Shown: positions 12,641 through 24,821 of the stretch, one piece after another
How positions within the stretch are numbered: the first letter of the stretch is position 1
Layout: each line of letters begins with the position of its first letter
From: Octopus sinensis
Lineage: Eukaryota
Length of the DNA stretch: 64,000 nt
Direction of reading: 5' to 3'
Assembly (NCBI RefSeq): GCF_006345805.1
Contig: NC_042999.1
Span: 14,322,001-14,386,000, forward strand
Program-made: the position numbers and the translations under genes
Notes under the pieces: model-generated
Told to the model about the DNA's origin: nothing
Databases searched by the model: none
The model's input: only the letters and a program-made list of their open reading frames with translations

Positions 12641-13297
12641 AAATCATCAATGTGAAACTGACAACATTTCCTATAGGATAAACAATCTTTTTGAAAGATA
12701 AGCCAGCTTCATCACTTCTCCAAGAGTCGGAACTGTCTCCACACAAGAACATACACTGATAATACTGTTTCACTTTGATTTTAGTGTATTGAATATAAAG
12801 TCGATCACGTAATCAAAATACAACAAATTACGTCATTTCGACATTGAGATGGCGATGGTGATGGCGCGGAGTTATCAGAATCAGAATGGGTGCATGTTTC
12901 TGTAACGGTGCCAAACCTTAACTCTAACAGATATTAATAATGATCACACACTATCGATAAAGTCATATAACTGCAGAGTTGTGCGCCAAGGAGCTGTCCT
13001 GTAATCATTACTATATAATCTTTTATGTTTTAGTTATTGGACTGTGGCTACGGACGGATAACACGCTGAAGGGTTTTTGGCGATCGTATCGACGACAATA
13101 CTTATTTTTAAGTCTTGTGTTTATAAAGATCTCGGTACATCGCACAGCTATCTTACTGTATACAGGCGTCGATTTCAAACGTATCGAAGTACATACGCAT
13201 ACATAAATATATGTAAATAGATATAGATACATAGATATGCAAATACAATTACAGATAAATAAATGCATATTTATATAACATGATACAATGTATATCA

Positions 13298-13987
13298 TTA
13301 TTCAGTTTATTTCAAGATTTCTTGCCAATAGAGAAAGAACCGGTTTCTAACCTAGATCCAAAGTTCTTTCATTGGAATTTCAACATCAACAACTAGGTAT
13401 TTTTGTATGTATGTATGTATGTATGTATGTATGTATGTATGTATGTATGTATGTATGTATGTATGTATGTATGTATGTATGTATGTATGCATGTATGCAC
13501 GTATGTAGGTAGGTAGGTATGTATGTATGTATTTATGTATGTATGTATGTATGTATGTAGGTATGTATGTATGTATGTATGTAGTATGTATGTATGTATG
13601 TATGTATGTATGTATGTAGGTATGTATGTATGTATGTATGTAGGTAGGTAGGTAGGTAGGTAGGTAGGCAGGTAGGTAGGTAGGTAGGTAGGTAGGTAGG
13701 TAGGTAGGTATGCATGTTTGTGCAGATTTGTATGTTTTATGTATTGTTCTCATGCATATAGTTGCATATCTAAACATGTTCATATGTATTTAAATGATAA
13801 ACTTTTGGAAAGTTTTACAGATTTTTACAGTTCCGGTGATTGGATCTGTTGTCTTCGAATTAGCTTACTCTTTTCTGGTTTTGAGAAGCTTAATTTCTCA
13901 AGCTTGGTATTTAGGCAGTGTGTTACATATCCCAGGGCCCCAATAATTGCAGGCATAAACCTGAACTTGTAATCTGGACAGAGTAAT
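13298..13987 (-). mobile_element. 5'-truncated R4/Dong-like LINE with (TACA/TACC)n inside its 3' UTR
   Basis: LCPDYKFRFMPAIIGAP..KLEKLSFSKPEKSKLIRR relic, then UTR, microsatellite and conserved terminal segment. Confidence 0.7.
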
Positions 13988-14122
13988 GTATGTATGTATG
14001 TATGTATGTATGTATGTATGTATGTATGTATACATGTATGTATGTATGTATGTATGTATGTATGTATGTATGTATGTATGTATGTCTACGTACGTACGTA
14101 TGTATGTATATATGCATGTATA

Positions 14123-14336
14123 CGAGGGGTGCTGAAACGTTCCTGGTTTTGAGTAAAAGAAAACACAGGAGGGGCAGTTAATAATGATTTTAGCGAACAT
14201 ATCCCCGTCAGATTCACACACTTATTGCCGTGGTCATTCAGTTTTTCTAAGCCATGTGAAAAAATTCGGAAGGTTAGGCCACCGTCCAGGCATTCGTGAC
14301 ACCCTTCAAGCCAGGACTTTTCAGCCCCTCCTCTCA
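14123..14336 (-). mobile_element. Mariner-derived MITE
   Basis: TA-CGAGGGGTGCTGAAA terminus; GLEKLNDHGNKCVNL mariner C-terminal relic. Confidence 0.8.
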
Positions 14337-14341
14337 TTAAT

Positions 14342-14404
<63 letters not shown>

Positions 14405-14465
14405 GTTTAAATATTTTTTGTGCAAGATTTTTTATGTGAATTCGTGTTGTTGAAACAGATATTGT

Positions 14466-14552
14466 TGTATTTAGGAATGGTCATATTGCCAGTTTAGCCA
14501 ATAGTGCGTGTGTTTATTGGCTAAACTGGCAATATGACCATTCCTAAATACA
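14466..14552. repeat. Perfect 38-bp inverted repeat in a (TA)n-flanked insertion
   Basis: 14466-14503 is the reverse complement of 14515-14552. Confidence 0.9.
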
Positions 14553-14555
14553 CAC

Positions 14556-14598
<43 letters not shown>

Positions 14599-14972
14599 TG
14601 AAATGTGTGTGTGTGTTTTGTGCGTACATATAGGTGTACGTCTGCTGCAGTTAAGTTTTGAGTCCACACATATTATTATCGTCCAGCCTGCTACCAGAAT
14701 AGTGGTTAAGTTATTACTATATTTGGTAGTATTACTATTTACAATAAATAGAGCAAATGCTGAAGAAACGTACGTAGGAACAAATGACGTAAATTGTGTT
14801 TATCGTAATTTTTCCTACGTTTGTTCTGTATGTGTGCGCGTGTGTGTTTACATACATACATACATACATACGTACATACATACATACATGCATACATACA
14901 TACATACATACATAAATACATAAATACATACATACATACATGCATACATACATACATACATACATACATACA

Positions 14973-15003
<31 letters not shown>

Positions 15004-15095
15004 GATACAAAAACAATAAACAGTAAAAAAAACTACACAAGGAAGGTTTAATAAACAATGTATTTAGTTTAGCGCTTAAATAAAAAGCGAAAGTG

Positions 15096-15131
15096 TCTTG
15101 ATGTTTCGGACATTAGTCCTCTATCAGGAAA
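15096..15131 (-). ncRNA. Degenerate hammerhead-like motif
   Basis: CTGATAGA-ggac(taat)gtcc-GAAACATC; one-nt core insertion and weak stems I and III. Confidence 0.4.
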
Positions 15132-15197
15132 AACAGAGAAGTATGGAGTCAGAGAAATAGTCAGTGAGAGAGACAGAGAGTGCGTGCGTGTATGTGT

Positions 15198-15272
<75 letters not shown>

Positions 15273-15766
15273 AGAGAGAGAGATAGGGAAAAAGAGAGAA
15301 AGGGAGGGTGGGAGAGAGAAATTTCCCACAATTTCACTCTCACAAGGGATAAGTCAACCGAAAGTTATTGCAGAAAATTCTGAAACCGAACCTGAAAATA
15401 CTTTATTGCGAAGAGAACATTTTGAACCACATGGCTATACCTGCGCTTATATATTTGAAATAATTTTTACGAGTATTATTTCTTTGGTTGCTATTATAGT
15501 CATCAATATTAATGTGGCCGAATTCTCTCTGCGGCAGCTTGCAGAGCTCTGTGCCGACAAACAACAGAAACCAGGCTTTGATGATGATATTTATCAGGCC
15601 TTTCACAGATCTGATCTTTTAACTTCTCACTGTTTGTGTTAGAAGTGAATTCCATGTTTATAAGAACTTGTGTGGATTCGTCTGTGTTTTAATCTTTAAT
15701 TTTACTAATTCATAGATACGCAACTTTATTAAATACTTCCTCAAGTTTTCAATACCCAAATGGTTG

Positions 15767-15816
<50 letters not shown>

Positions 15817-16442
15817 GAGTGAGAAAGCCGGTACAGACACCGCAAGAAATTTCGATAATTGCTCTATCAGTTTTGTCTGTCGACAACTATAGACAAGCAT
15901 CTTTTTGATTATTTTTTTATCAACCCCCGACATCAGGGCCAGATTCAAATCCATAGAAACCCTAAGCATTTAAAAGATTTTGGCGCTTCCATATATATGT
16001 AAATCAAAATATAAACAATAATAAACCATAAAATAAATTTTCATTATTCAACATAGAACAAAACTGACAATGAGATGGAAAAAATGTTTATTTTTGTATT
16101 TTTCTACTTTATTTATATCTGAAAAGTTTTATCCTACTCTTAATGGCGAAAACTTTGATCAGATCCTCATTATGACACTAGGAACACTTCAAAATTATTT
16201 TTCCGATCATATAAACCACTTAGATTATCATTTTAGCAAGTTTCAAATGATTTTCTTTAGTGCTGTAAACCATTTACCATTTCTGTGGTGCCACATTTTC
16301 CTTGATACCCTAAAGCACGAGCTTATTTTGCGTAATGGTTAATCCAGTGCTGTCCGATATGATGAAATGCAATAATGATCTCTCACAGGGATTTGAACTC
16401 AGCTTAGAGAACCATAACATATACCGAGTGTTATTCTACCCT

Positions 16443-17222
16443 GTTTCTTTACTACCCACAAGGGGCTAAACACCTAGGAGACAAACAAGGACAGACAGAC
16501 GGATTAACTCGATTACATCGACCCCAGTGCATAACTGGTACTTATTTAATCGACCCCGAAAGGATGAAAGGCAAAGTCGACCTCGGCGGAATTTGAACTC
16601 AGAACACAAAGACAGACGAAATACCTATTTCTTTACTACCCAAAAGGGGCTAAACACAGAGAGGACAAACAAGGACAGACAAGCGGATTAAGTCGATTAG
16701 ATCGATACCAGTGCGTAACTGGTACTTATTTAATCGACCTCGGAAGGATGAAAGGCAAAGTCGACCTCGGCAGAATTTGAACTCAGAACATAAAGACAGA
16801 CGAAATACCTATTTCTTTATTACCCACAAGGGGCTAAACACAGAGAGGACAAACAAGGACAGACAAGCGGATTAAATCGATTAGATCGATACCAGTGCGT
16901 AACTGGTACTTATTTAATCGACCCCGAAAGGATGAAAGGCAAAGTCGACCTCGGCAGAATTTGAACTCAGGACATAAAGACAGACGAAATACCTATTTCT
17001 TTACTACCCACAAGGGGGTAAACACAGAGGGGACAAACAAGGACAGACATAGGTATTAAGTCGATTACATCGACCCCAGTGCGTAACTGGTACTTATTTA
17101 ATCGACCCCGAAAGGTTGAAAGGCAAAGTCGACCTCGGCGGAATTTGAACTCAGAACGTAGCGGCAGACGAAATACCGCAAAGCATTTCGCCCGGCGTGC
17201 TAACGTTTCTGCCATCTCGCCG
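16443..17222 (-). mobile_element. SINE family B tandem tetramer (one head plus 184-bp units)
   Basis: Junction GACAGACGAAATACCTATTTC at 16611, 16795 and 16979. Confidence 0.9.
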
Positions 17223-18104
17223 TTATTCTATCCTACAACACTAATGACTCTGCCAATTCGTCACTTTAAACAATAACAACGGACAACAACAACAACAAGG
17301 AAATCTCATTGAGACTCCAGTCTCAAACAACAACAATACAAAAGCGAAGTAAAAGCTACGAACAGTGTCGACAGCCAATAAACAATTCCATCGTCTTTCT
17401 TCTACTCTTCTGTCGAAGAGCAGCAAACGTTGCTCGGAGACATCAGACTTTCTACTCTTCACTGCAATTGAACTAGCTTTTGTGATTTAGCCTTGGTGAC
17501 GTAGACATTGACCAGTTTCCTCGGATTTCGGACTTCACTCTTTGAATAGTGATGTTTTTTTTTTTCTTTTCAAGATGTGTGTTGCAAAGCTGAAAGCACT
17601 GATAGCTCGGAGACTTTGAGAAAATTATGAATTAAGTTAGAACAAAGTCAACAGGATTTATTTCTTGGCAAAACAATGATTTTTCTCAATTCGTAGAATA
17701 ATTCTTACTAAGCCAGGTACCTTCTCCACTGCAAATCTCTATACAGAACTGGAAATATTTAACTTACCAAAAGATATGGTACTTCCCGATAATTCATCTA
17801 CAGCGTATAACAAATGGCTAAATGATATTTTTTTCATATTTCATCTTGTATTTGTTTCAGTCATTAGACGATGGCCATGCTGGAGCACTGCCTTGACAAG
17901 TTTTGGACGAATGAATCCCAATGCATTTTTCAAGCCTGATATTTATTCCGTTGCTTTCTTTTGTGGAACTGTTAAGTTACGGGGACATAAACACACCAAC
18001 ATCGATTGTCAAGCGGTGGCAGGGGACAAACTAACACACACATACACACAAAAACGGAAAGGAAAAAGGAAACAAATGAAGCGAAAAATAATTCTGCACG
18101 TGCA

Positions 18105-18725
18105 ATATTGGTTTTAAATTTTGGCGCAAAGCCAGCATTTTGGGAGAGCGTGGTAAGTGGATTACATCGACCCCAGTGCTCAACTGGTACTTGTTTTGTC
18201 GACCCTGAAAAGATGAAAGGTAAGTTCAACCTCAACGGAATTTGAATTCAGAACGTAGTGACGGACAAAATGCCGCAAAGCCTATTGCTCAGCGTGCCTA
18301 CGATTCTGTCAGCTCACCGCCTTGTCCACACGTAATATTACTGTGGCAAACGGCGGTGGACTGGAAAAATCGTTAGCACGTCGGGCACAATGCTTAGCGG
18401 TATTTCGTCTGCCGTTACGTTCTGAGTTCAAATTCCGCCGAGGTCCACTTTGCCTTTCATCCTTTCGGGGTCGATTAAATAAGTACCAGTTACGCACTGG
18501 GGTCGATATAATCGACTTAATCCGTTGTCTGTCCTTGTTTGTCCTCTGTGTTTAGCCCCTTGTGGGTTGTAAAGAAATAGGTATTTCGTCCGTCTTTACG
18601 TTCTGAATTCACATTCCGCCGAATTCGGTATCGATAAAATAAATATCAGTCGAGTACTGGGGTCGATGTAATCGAATTACCCACTCACCTGAAATTATTG
18701 GCCTTGTACCAAAATTTGAGACCAA
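18105..18725. mobile_element. Head-to-head family B SINEs (minus 18105-18320; plus dimer 18352-18725)
   Basis: Matches to family B on both strands. Confidence 0.75.
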
Positions 18726-19341
18726 TATTACAACTGCGGGTACATTTTCGCTTCATATCTTTTTCTTTGTTCTTTCCGTCGCAAATCATGACTGACTCGA
18801 GCTTGTTGCGATCGACCTGTCACGCTTGCATGCGGCCAAGAAACACTACTGCTTCTTAGGTTTCTCACTCCTGCGAGCCCACGGAAGGAAAAGTCGAAAT
18901 TGAGGACAGTCGCGATTCGTTCGTCGCTCGTGCACCTACGTCCTTTCTTGAACTACTGTCGGTTTGTGGGAACTGGGGGCTTGGTGTTGCCCTACCGCTG
19001 TGTGTATATACCTTCGTCGTCGCAGGGGCTGTGAAACGGAGAGCAAGGAGGAAGAAGCGTAGCAGGTGGCTATATTCGATAAGCCAGCAAGATGGCAGCT
19101 ACCGTGACGTAAATATATGTCCGTATGTATGCATGGGCAAGTATGTATGTATGTATGTATGTATGTATGTATGTATGTATGTATGTATGTATGTATGTAT
19201 GTATGTATGTATGCATGTATGCATGCATGTATGTATGTATGTATTATGTGAGTATGTATCTTCGTATATATGTGTGTATGAATCAACGTATGTATGTAAG
19301 TCTGTGTGTTTGTGAGTATGAATATACATGTGTGTGTGTGT

Positions 19342-19385
<44 letters not shown>

Positions 19386-19742
19386 GTGTGTGTGCATGAA
19401 TCTACATACGTACGTGTGTATAATTCTTTTAGGATTTATTTAATCTTTTGTTTGTCCTCTATAGACTTGAATCACTAACCAGGTGGCAAGCCTCTATTGC
19501 AGCAAGAACCACTGCAAAAGAGGCTTGCCCCTAAAATAATTATACAACTACGTATGTAGATTCATGCACACACATATATATATACGTATATTCATACTCA
19601 CATACAAACACACACACATACAAACAAACACACACACACACACACACACACACGCATACATACATATAGCGACCGGCTTGAACACTCAAGAAGAACTTAA
19701 ATAAAGCTCAAAGAAACAATCACATACATACACACTCCTGCG

Positions 19743-19828
<86 letters not shown>

Positions 19829-20144
19829 GGCGCGGGAGTGGCTGTGTAGTAAGTAGCTTGCTTTCCAACCACATAGTTCCGGGTTCAGTCCCACTGCGTG
19901 ACACCTTGGGCTATTGTCTTCCACTATTACCTTGGGCTGAACAAAGCTTTGTGAACGGATTTGGCAGACGGAAACTGAAAGAAGCCTGTCGTATATTTAT
20001 ATATATATACATACGTGTGTGTGCTCAACTGTTACTATTTCCTCGACCCCGAAAGATTCAAAAGGCAAAGTCAACCTCGGTTGAATTTGAACTCAGAACA
20101 TAAAGACAGACGATATGGCCCAAAGCATTTTGCCCGGCATACTA

Positions 20145-20204
<60 letters not shown>

Positions 20205-20218
20205 CCTTTCTACTACAG

Positions 20219-20509
20219 CAGAGGTTCTCAAACTTTTTGGGCCTCTCATGGCCGCATAATACCCTCAGCGCTCACCCCTATTTTTATGTATAAATAAATA
20301 TTTTATATTTTACTAATTTATATATTCTATGAATCATTTGATATTATATTAAATATTATATCATTTCTATACAATACTATAATAATATTATAAATTCATA
20401 GCGGCCCCCAATCCACCGTCTTCCTCCCAATGCCTCCTTTTTCTCTACCGCCCCCCTTAGACACCAGCTCCCACCTGGACCCTCTCAACGCCCACTTTGA
20501 GAACCTATG
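20219..20509. mobile_element. hAT (Charlie/MER5-like) MITE
   Basis: CAGAGGTTCTCAAA / TTTGAGAACCTATG termini; 8-bp TSD TACTACAG/TACTACAA. Confidence 0.75.
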
Positions 20510-20643
20510 TACTACAAGCACAAAGTCTGGAATTTTGAGAAAAGGGAATAGCATCCACTCCAGTGCTTGATAGATACTTATTTTATCGACCTCGAAAGGT
20601 TGAAAAGCAAAGGCGACCAATAATAATGAGCTTATTGCATATA

Positions 20644-21236
20644 CGATGGTGAATCAAAAAGTAATGCCATTTTGTTTTGGACAGGTATAATTACCAACAC
20701 AGGAACATGTGTCATACATGTTCCTGTGTTGGTAATTATACCTGTCCAAAATGAAGCTGGTCCTCTGTGGATCATATTTCTACTTCTCAACATAGTCACC
20801 GTTTCTCTAATAGCAATATTCCATCTTCGAATGAGAGCATGTATCCCTGCCCTGTAGAATTCTGTTGATTGTTCTTGAGCCACTTCTTCACTACAGTTTT
20901 CACTTCCTCGTCACTGGAATAATGTTTGCCTCTCAAACCCTCTTTCATGGGGCCAAAGAGATGATAGTCTGAAGGCGCTAAATTATTCTAGTGACGAGGA
21001 AATGAAAACTGTAGTGAAGAAGTGGCTCAACTAACAGTCAACAGAATTTTACGGGGCAGGGGTACATGCTCTCATTCGAAGGTGGAACATTGCTATTGAG
21101 AGAAACAGTGACTATGTTGAGAAGTAAGGATGTGATCCACAGAGGACCAGCGTCATTTTGATGTATGATACATGTTCCTGTATTGGTAATTATACCTGTC
21201 CTAAACAAAATGGCTTTAATTTTTGACTCACCTTCG
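20644..21236. mobile_element. Palindromic mariner derivative built from two 3' ends
   Basis: TA TSDs; left arm minus strand LAPSDYHLFGPMKEGLRGKHYSSDEEVKTVVKKWL; right arm repeats the same C-terminus on plus. Confidence 0.85.
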
Positions 21237-21702
21237 TAGTACTCAGATGCACTATAATTCAACGGAAAAGGTAAAACAGGGGACAAAATGCAACAGTTAG
21301 CAATGAAAGCCAAATGTATATGTACTGTTCGTGCCCACAGAGAAAAGCGTAAAAGACAGAAACGTGGGCAGTGAAAGAACCATAAAAAGTAAAAAATGCA
21401 TGAAACATTAGGAGTTGTTTTGGTGAATTTGGGGAAGCAATGAACATTTGCAGGATGCAGTGTTTTCAAAACTGAGAGCTGATGCCCGTCGTTTATTCCA
21501 TGCTTTACAAATGTTTCCGGAAATCATGGGTGGCGCACTTTTTGAAAAAAATTTATTTTATAAGCATTAGGCGCAGACATAGCTGTTTGGTAAGAAGCTT
21601 GCTTCCCAACCACATGGTACCTGCTTGTTGTTCCTACACCTGTCTTCGTCTTTTGTTTTCTGTAAATTTGAACTACACACACATACACACACACAAACAT
21701 AT

Positions 21703-22274
21703 TTGTTAAAGAGGATAACAAACGTTAAGGCAAAGCAAATATCTCAAGTCATATACATTATTATCATTGGGGAAAAAAATTGAAAGTCTTACAGCTGTTT
21801 CTGGGATATCCCAAAGTATGCGATATTCCGTCATCGGAGACAAATAGGGGAAAAGAGAAGGGTATAGATTAATGAAAAGACGACATAGAGGACAAGAGTA
21901 AATGAATAAGGAGATGAAGAGAAAATAAGCATAAAAGTTCACAGTTCAACTTTCCGATCGTGTAGAATGCTTATAAGTAAGTCCGTAAGTCCTTAGGTGC
22001 AATCCTGCGTAAATCCATGTACGTTAAAGTCCTGAAACAGCTGTAAGACTTTGAATTTGTTTTTTTCTAATAACATATATGACTTGAGATGTTTGCCTTA
22101 CCTTCACGTTTGTTGTCCTCTTTAACAATTATATATCCGCTGTATCGGAAATCTGCAATGGTTCCATAACTACCGTCTCAGCTATAACCTTGGAGCCCTA
22201 GTAATCTGTTGCAGCACTTACCTAGCGTACCTAGTCGTTTAGATCACCTGTGAACTAAACCCCAATATTTTGTG
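21703..22274. mobile_element. Fold-back Penelope-like relic, paralog of 4843-5212; hammerhead at 21786-21841 (-) with CCGATGA core
   Basis: Inverted arms and shared downstream CTACCGTCTCAGCTATAAC segment. Confidence 0.65.
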
Positions 22275-22376
22275 TATATGTATATATATATAACAATTGC
22301 AGCGTGGAAGGTGTTTATAAGCCATTTAAGAAACACACAAAAACCGTTAGATTCACTTCAACATTTAAGTTTAATA

Positions 22377-22423
22377 TGTCAAAATATTTTCGTCGCTTTA
22401 AGACCGCGACCTGTTCACTGACA
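22377..22423 (-). ncRNA. Hammerhead-like motif, G3-C8 variant core
   Basis: tgtca-GTGAACA-g-gtcgc..gcgac-GAAAATATT-T-tgaca on the minus strand. Confidence 0.6.
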
Positions 22424-22445
22424 AAAATCCGTGCTGCATCTCTTT

Positions 22446-22491
22446 TGTCAGTGAACAGGTCGCGGATTTTTGCGACGAAAATATTTTGACA
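22446..22491 (+). ncRNA. Hammerhead-like motif, G3-C8 variant core
   Basis: tgtca-GTGAACA-g-gtcgc(ggattttt)gcgac-GAAAATATT-T-tgaca. Confidence 0.6.
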
Positions 22492-22630
22492 ATTTAAACT
22501 TAAATGTTGAAGTGAATCGAACGGCTTTTGTGTGTTTCTTAAATGGCTTATAAACACCTTCCACGCTGCAATTGTTTTCGTTTCAGCACACGATCTCAGA
22601 TCAAATCACTTGCTATGCGAGTACATCTCC

Positions 22631-22662
<32 letters not shown>

Positions 22663-22839
22663 TATATATGTGTGTGTGTGTATATATATATTGATAAAAC
22701 GGTAAGATAACAAAAGAAAGAAAGAGACCTCGATATTATGTAAATAGAGGAAATTATCCGTAAATGTAATATGTGACACATTGTAATATGTCACATATTA
22801 CATTTACATATATATATATATATTATATATATATATATT

Positions 22840-22902
<63 letters not shown>

Positions 22903-23212
22903 CTATGAGTGTGTCTTCGTGTCTGTATTTGTCCCCACCAAGCCCTGACAACTGGTGTGGGTGTGTTTACCTCCCTGTAACTTAGCAGTTCGGTTAAGGA
23001 AGACCGGTAGAATAAAGACCAAGCTTTAAAAGAAAAAGTATCCGAGTCGATTCATTAAACTAAAATTTCTTCAAGGCGGTGCCCCAGCATGGCCGCAGTC
23101 CAATGATTGAAACGAGTAAATAATTAAAAAGATAAAAGATAATAACCGTGAGTGCTTTAGGTGTTTGCATGCATGTATGAACGGAGAGATGGATTGATGG
23201 TTGGACATTTAA

Positions 23213-23629
23213 GGTGGTAAGCTGGCGGAAACGTTAGCACGCCGGCCGAAATGCTTAGCGGTATTTCGTCTGCCGTTACGTTCTGAGTTAAAATTCCGCC
23301 GAGGTCGACTTTGCCTTTCATCCTTTCGGGGTCGATAAATTAAGCACCAGTTACGCACTGGGATCGATGTAATCGACTTAATCCGTTTGTCTGTCCTTGT
23401 TTGTCTCCTCTGTGTTTAGCCCCTTGTGGATAGTAAAGAAATAGGTATTTCGTCTGCCGCTACGTTCTGAGTTCAAATTCCGCCGAGGTCGACTTTGCCT
23501 TTCATCCTTTCGGGGTCGATAAATTGAGTACCAGTTATGCACTGGGGTCGATACAATCGACTTAATCTGTTTGTCTGTCCTTGTTTGTCTCCTCTGTGTT
23601 TAGCCCCTTGTGGGTAGTAAAGAAATAGG
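23213..23629 (+). mobile_element. SINE family B dimer
   Basis: Head plus two units joined at AAAGAAATAGGTATTTCG. Confidence 0.85.
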
Positions 23630-24131
23630 TTGGACAGACGGATGGACGGACGGACGGATGGACGGATAGATGGATGGTTGGCCGGACAGACAGACAGACC
23701 AATGGATGGATGGAGAGCGGGAAAGAGAAATGAATGTAAAAGTACTCAATTGTAACATGTACGTCGTCTTAGCAGCATGTTAGACCCCCGGGTAGTAGGC
23801 TGCAGCACACATAGATCAAAATTTGTCCCCTAGTTTCATGAAAACCCCGGATAATTGGCCAAGTGTGTCCATGCATTAAGAGGACACTATTTATATGTAT
23901 CGAGGTAAATCTGCTCTGGATTTTTCATTGTTCCTGTGACAGGGTCATTAAACTGTTGCGATCAAGGTTTGGAGAAAGTATTACCAGAGAGAGACAGAGG
24001 GAGAGAGAGAGGCTAGCGTCCTATCCAGGAAGTAGAAAGTTATTTCTTTTTCACTTAATATTATGAAGATAAGGCGAAATACCAACTTATGATCTCCAAA
24101 TCTATGTGCATCAAAATAATGAAAATATTAC

Positions 24132-24199
<68 letters not shown>

Positions 24200-24377
24200 A
24201 TCTATCGGCTTCACTCTTTGTAAACGTGTGTGTGTGTGTGCGTGCGTGTATGTATGTACATATGCATTTATTTATATATATGCATGTTTGCGTCTATGTG
24301 TATGTATACACAATATATGTATATATATATGCATACATGCAGGCATATTTTACATATAAGCATACGTTATATATATG

Positions 24378-24410
<33 letters not shown>

Positions 24411-24775
24411 GTATGTGTGTGTGTATACATATATATATATATGTATGTATGTATACACGTAGGCATATTTTTTTATATAAATATACATACTTACATACAT
24501 ACATTGTATATTGTATATATATATATATAGATTGATAGATATATAGATATATATATATACATACATATATGTAGGTATATTTTGTATATAAATATACATA
24601 CCTACATACATTATATATATTATATGTTTATATATACATACATACATTCGATTATATATACATATATACAAACATATATATATATGTATGTATACATAGA
24701 TACACACACACATACATATATGTAGTCTATGTATATATAAATATATGTATATATAATATATGAATATATAATATA

Positions 24776-24821
<46 letters not shown>

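Larger units (their letters stand above)
22292..22630. mobile_element. Fold-back element (~135-bp arms) in (TA)n with two variant hammerhead motifs
   Basis: 22292-22426 approximates the reverse complement of 22443-22576. Confidence 0.75.
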
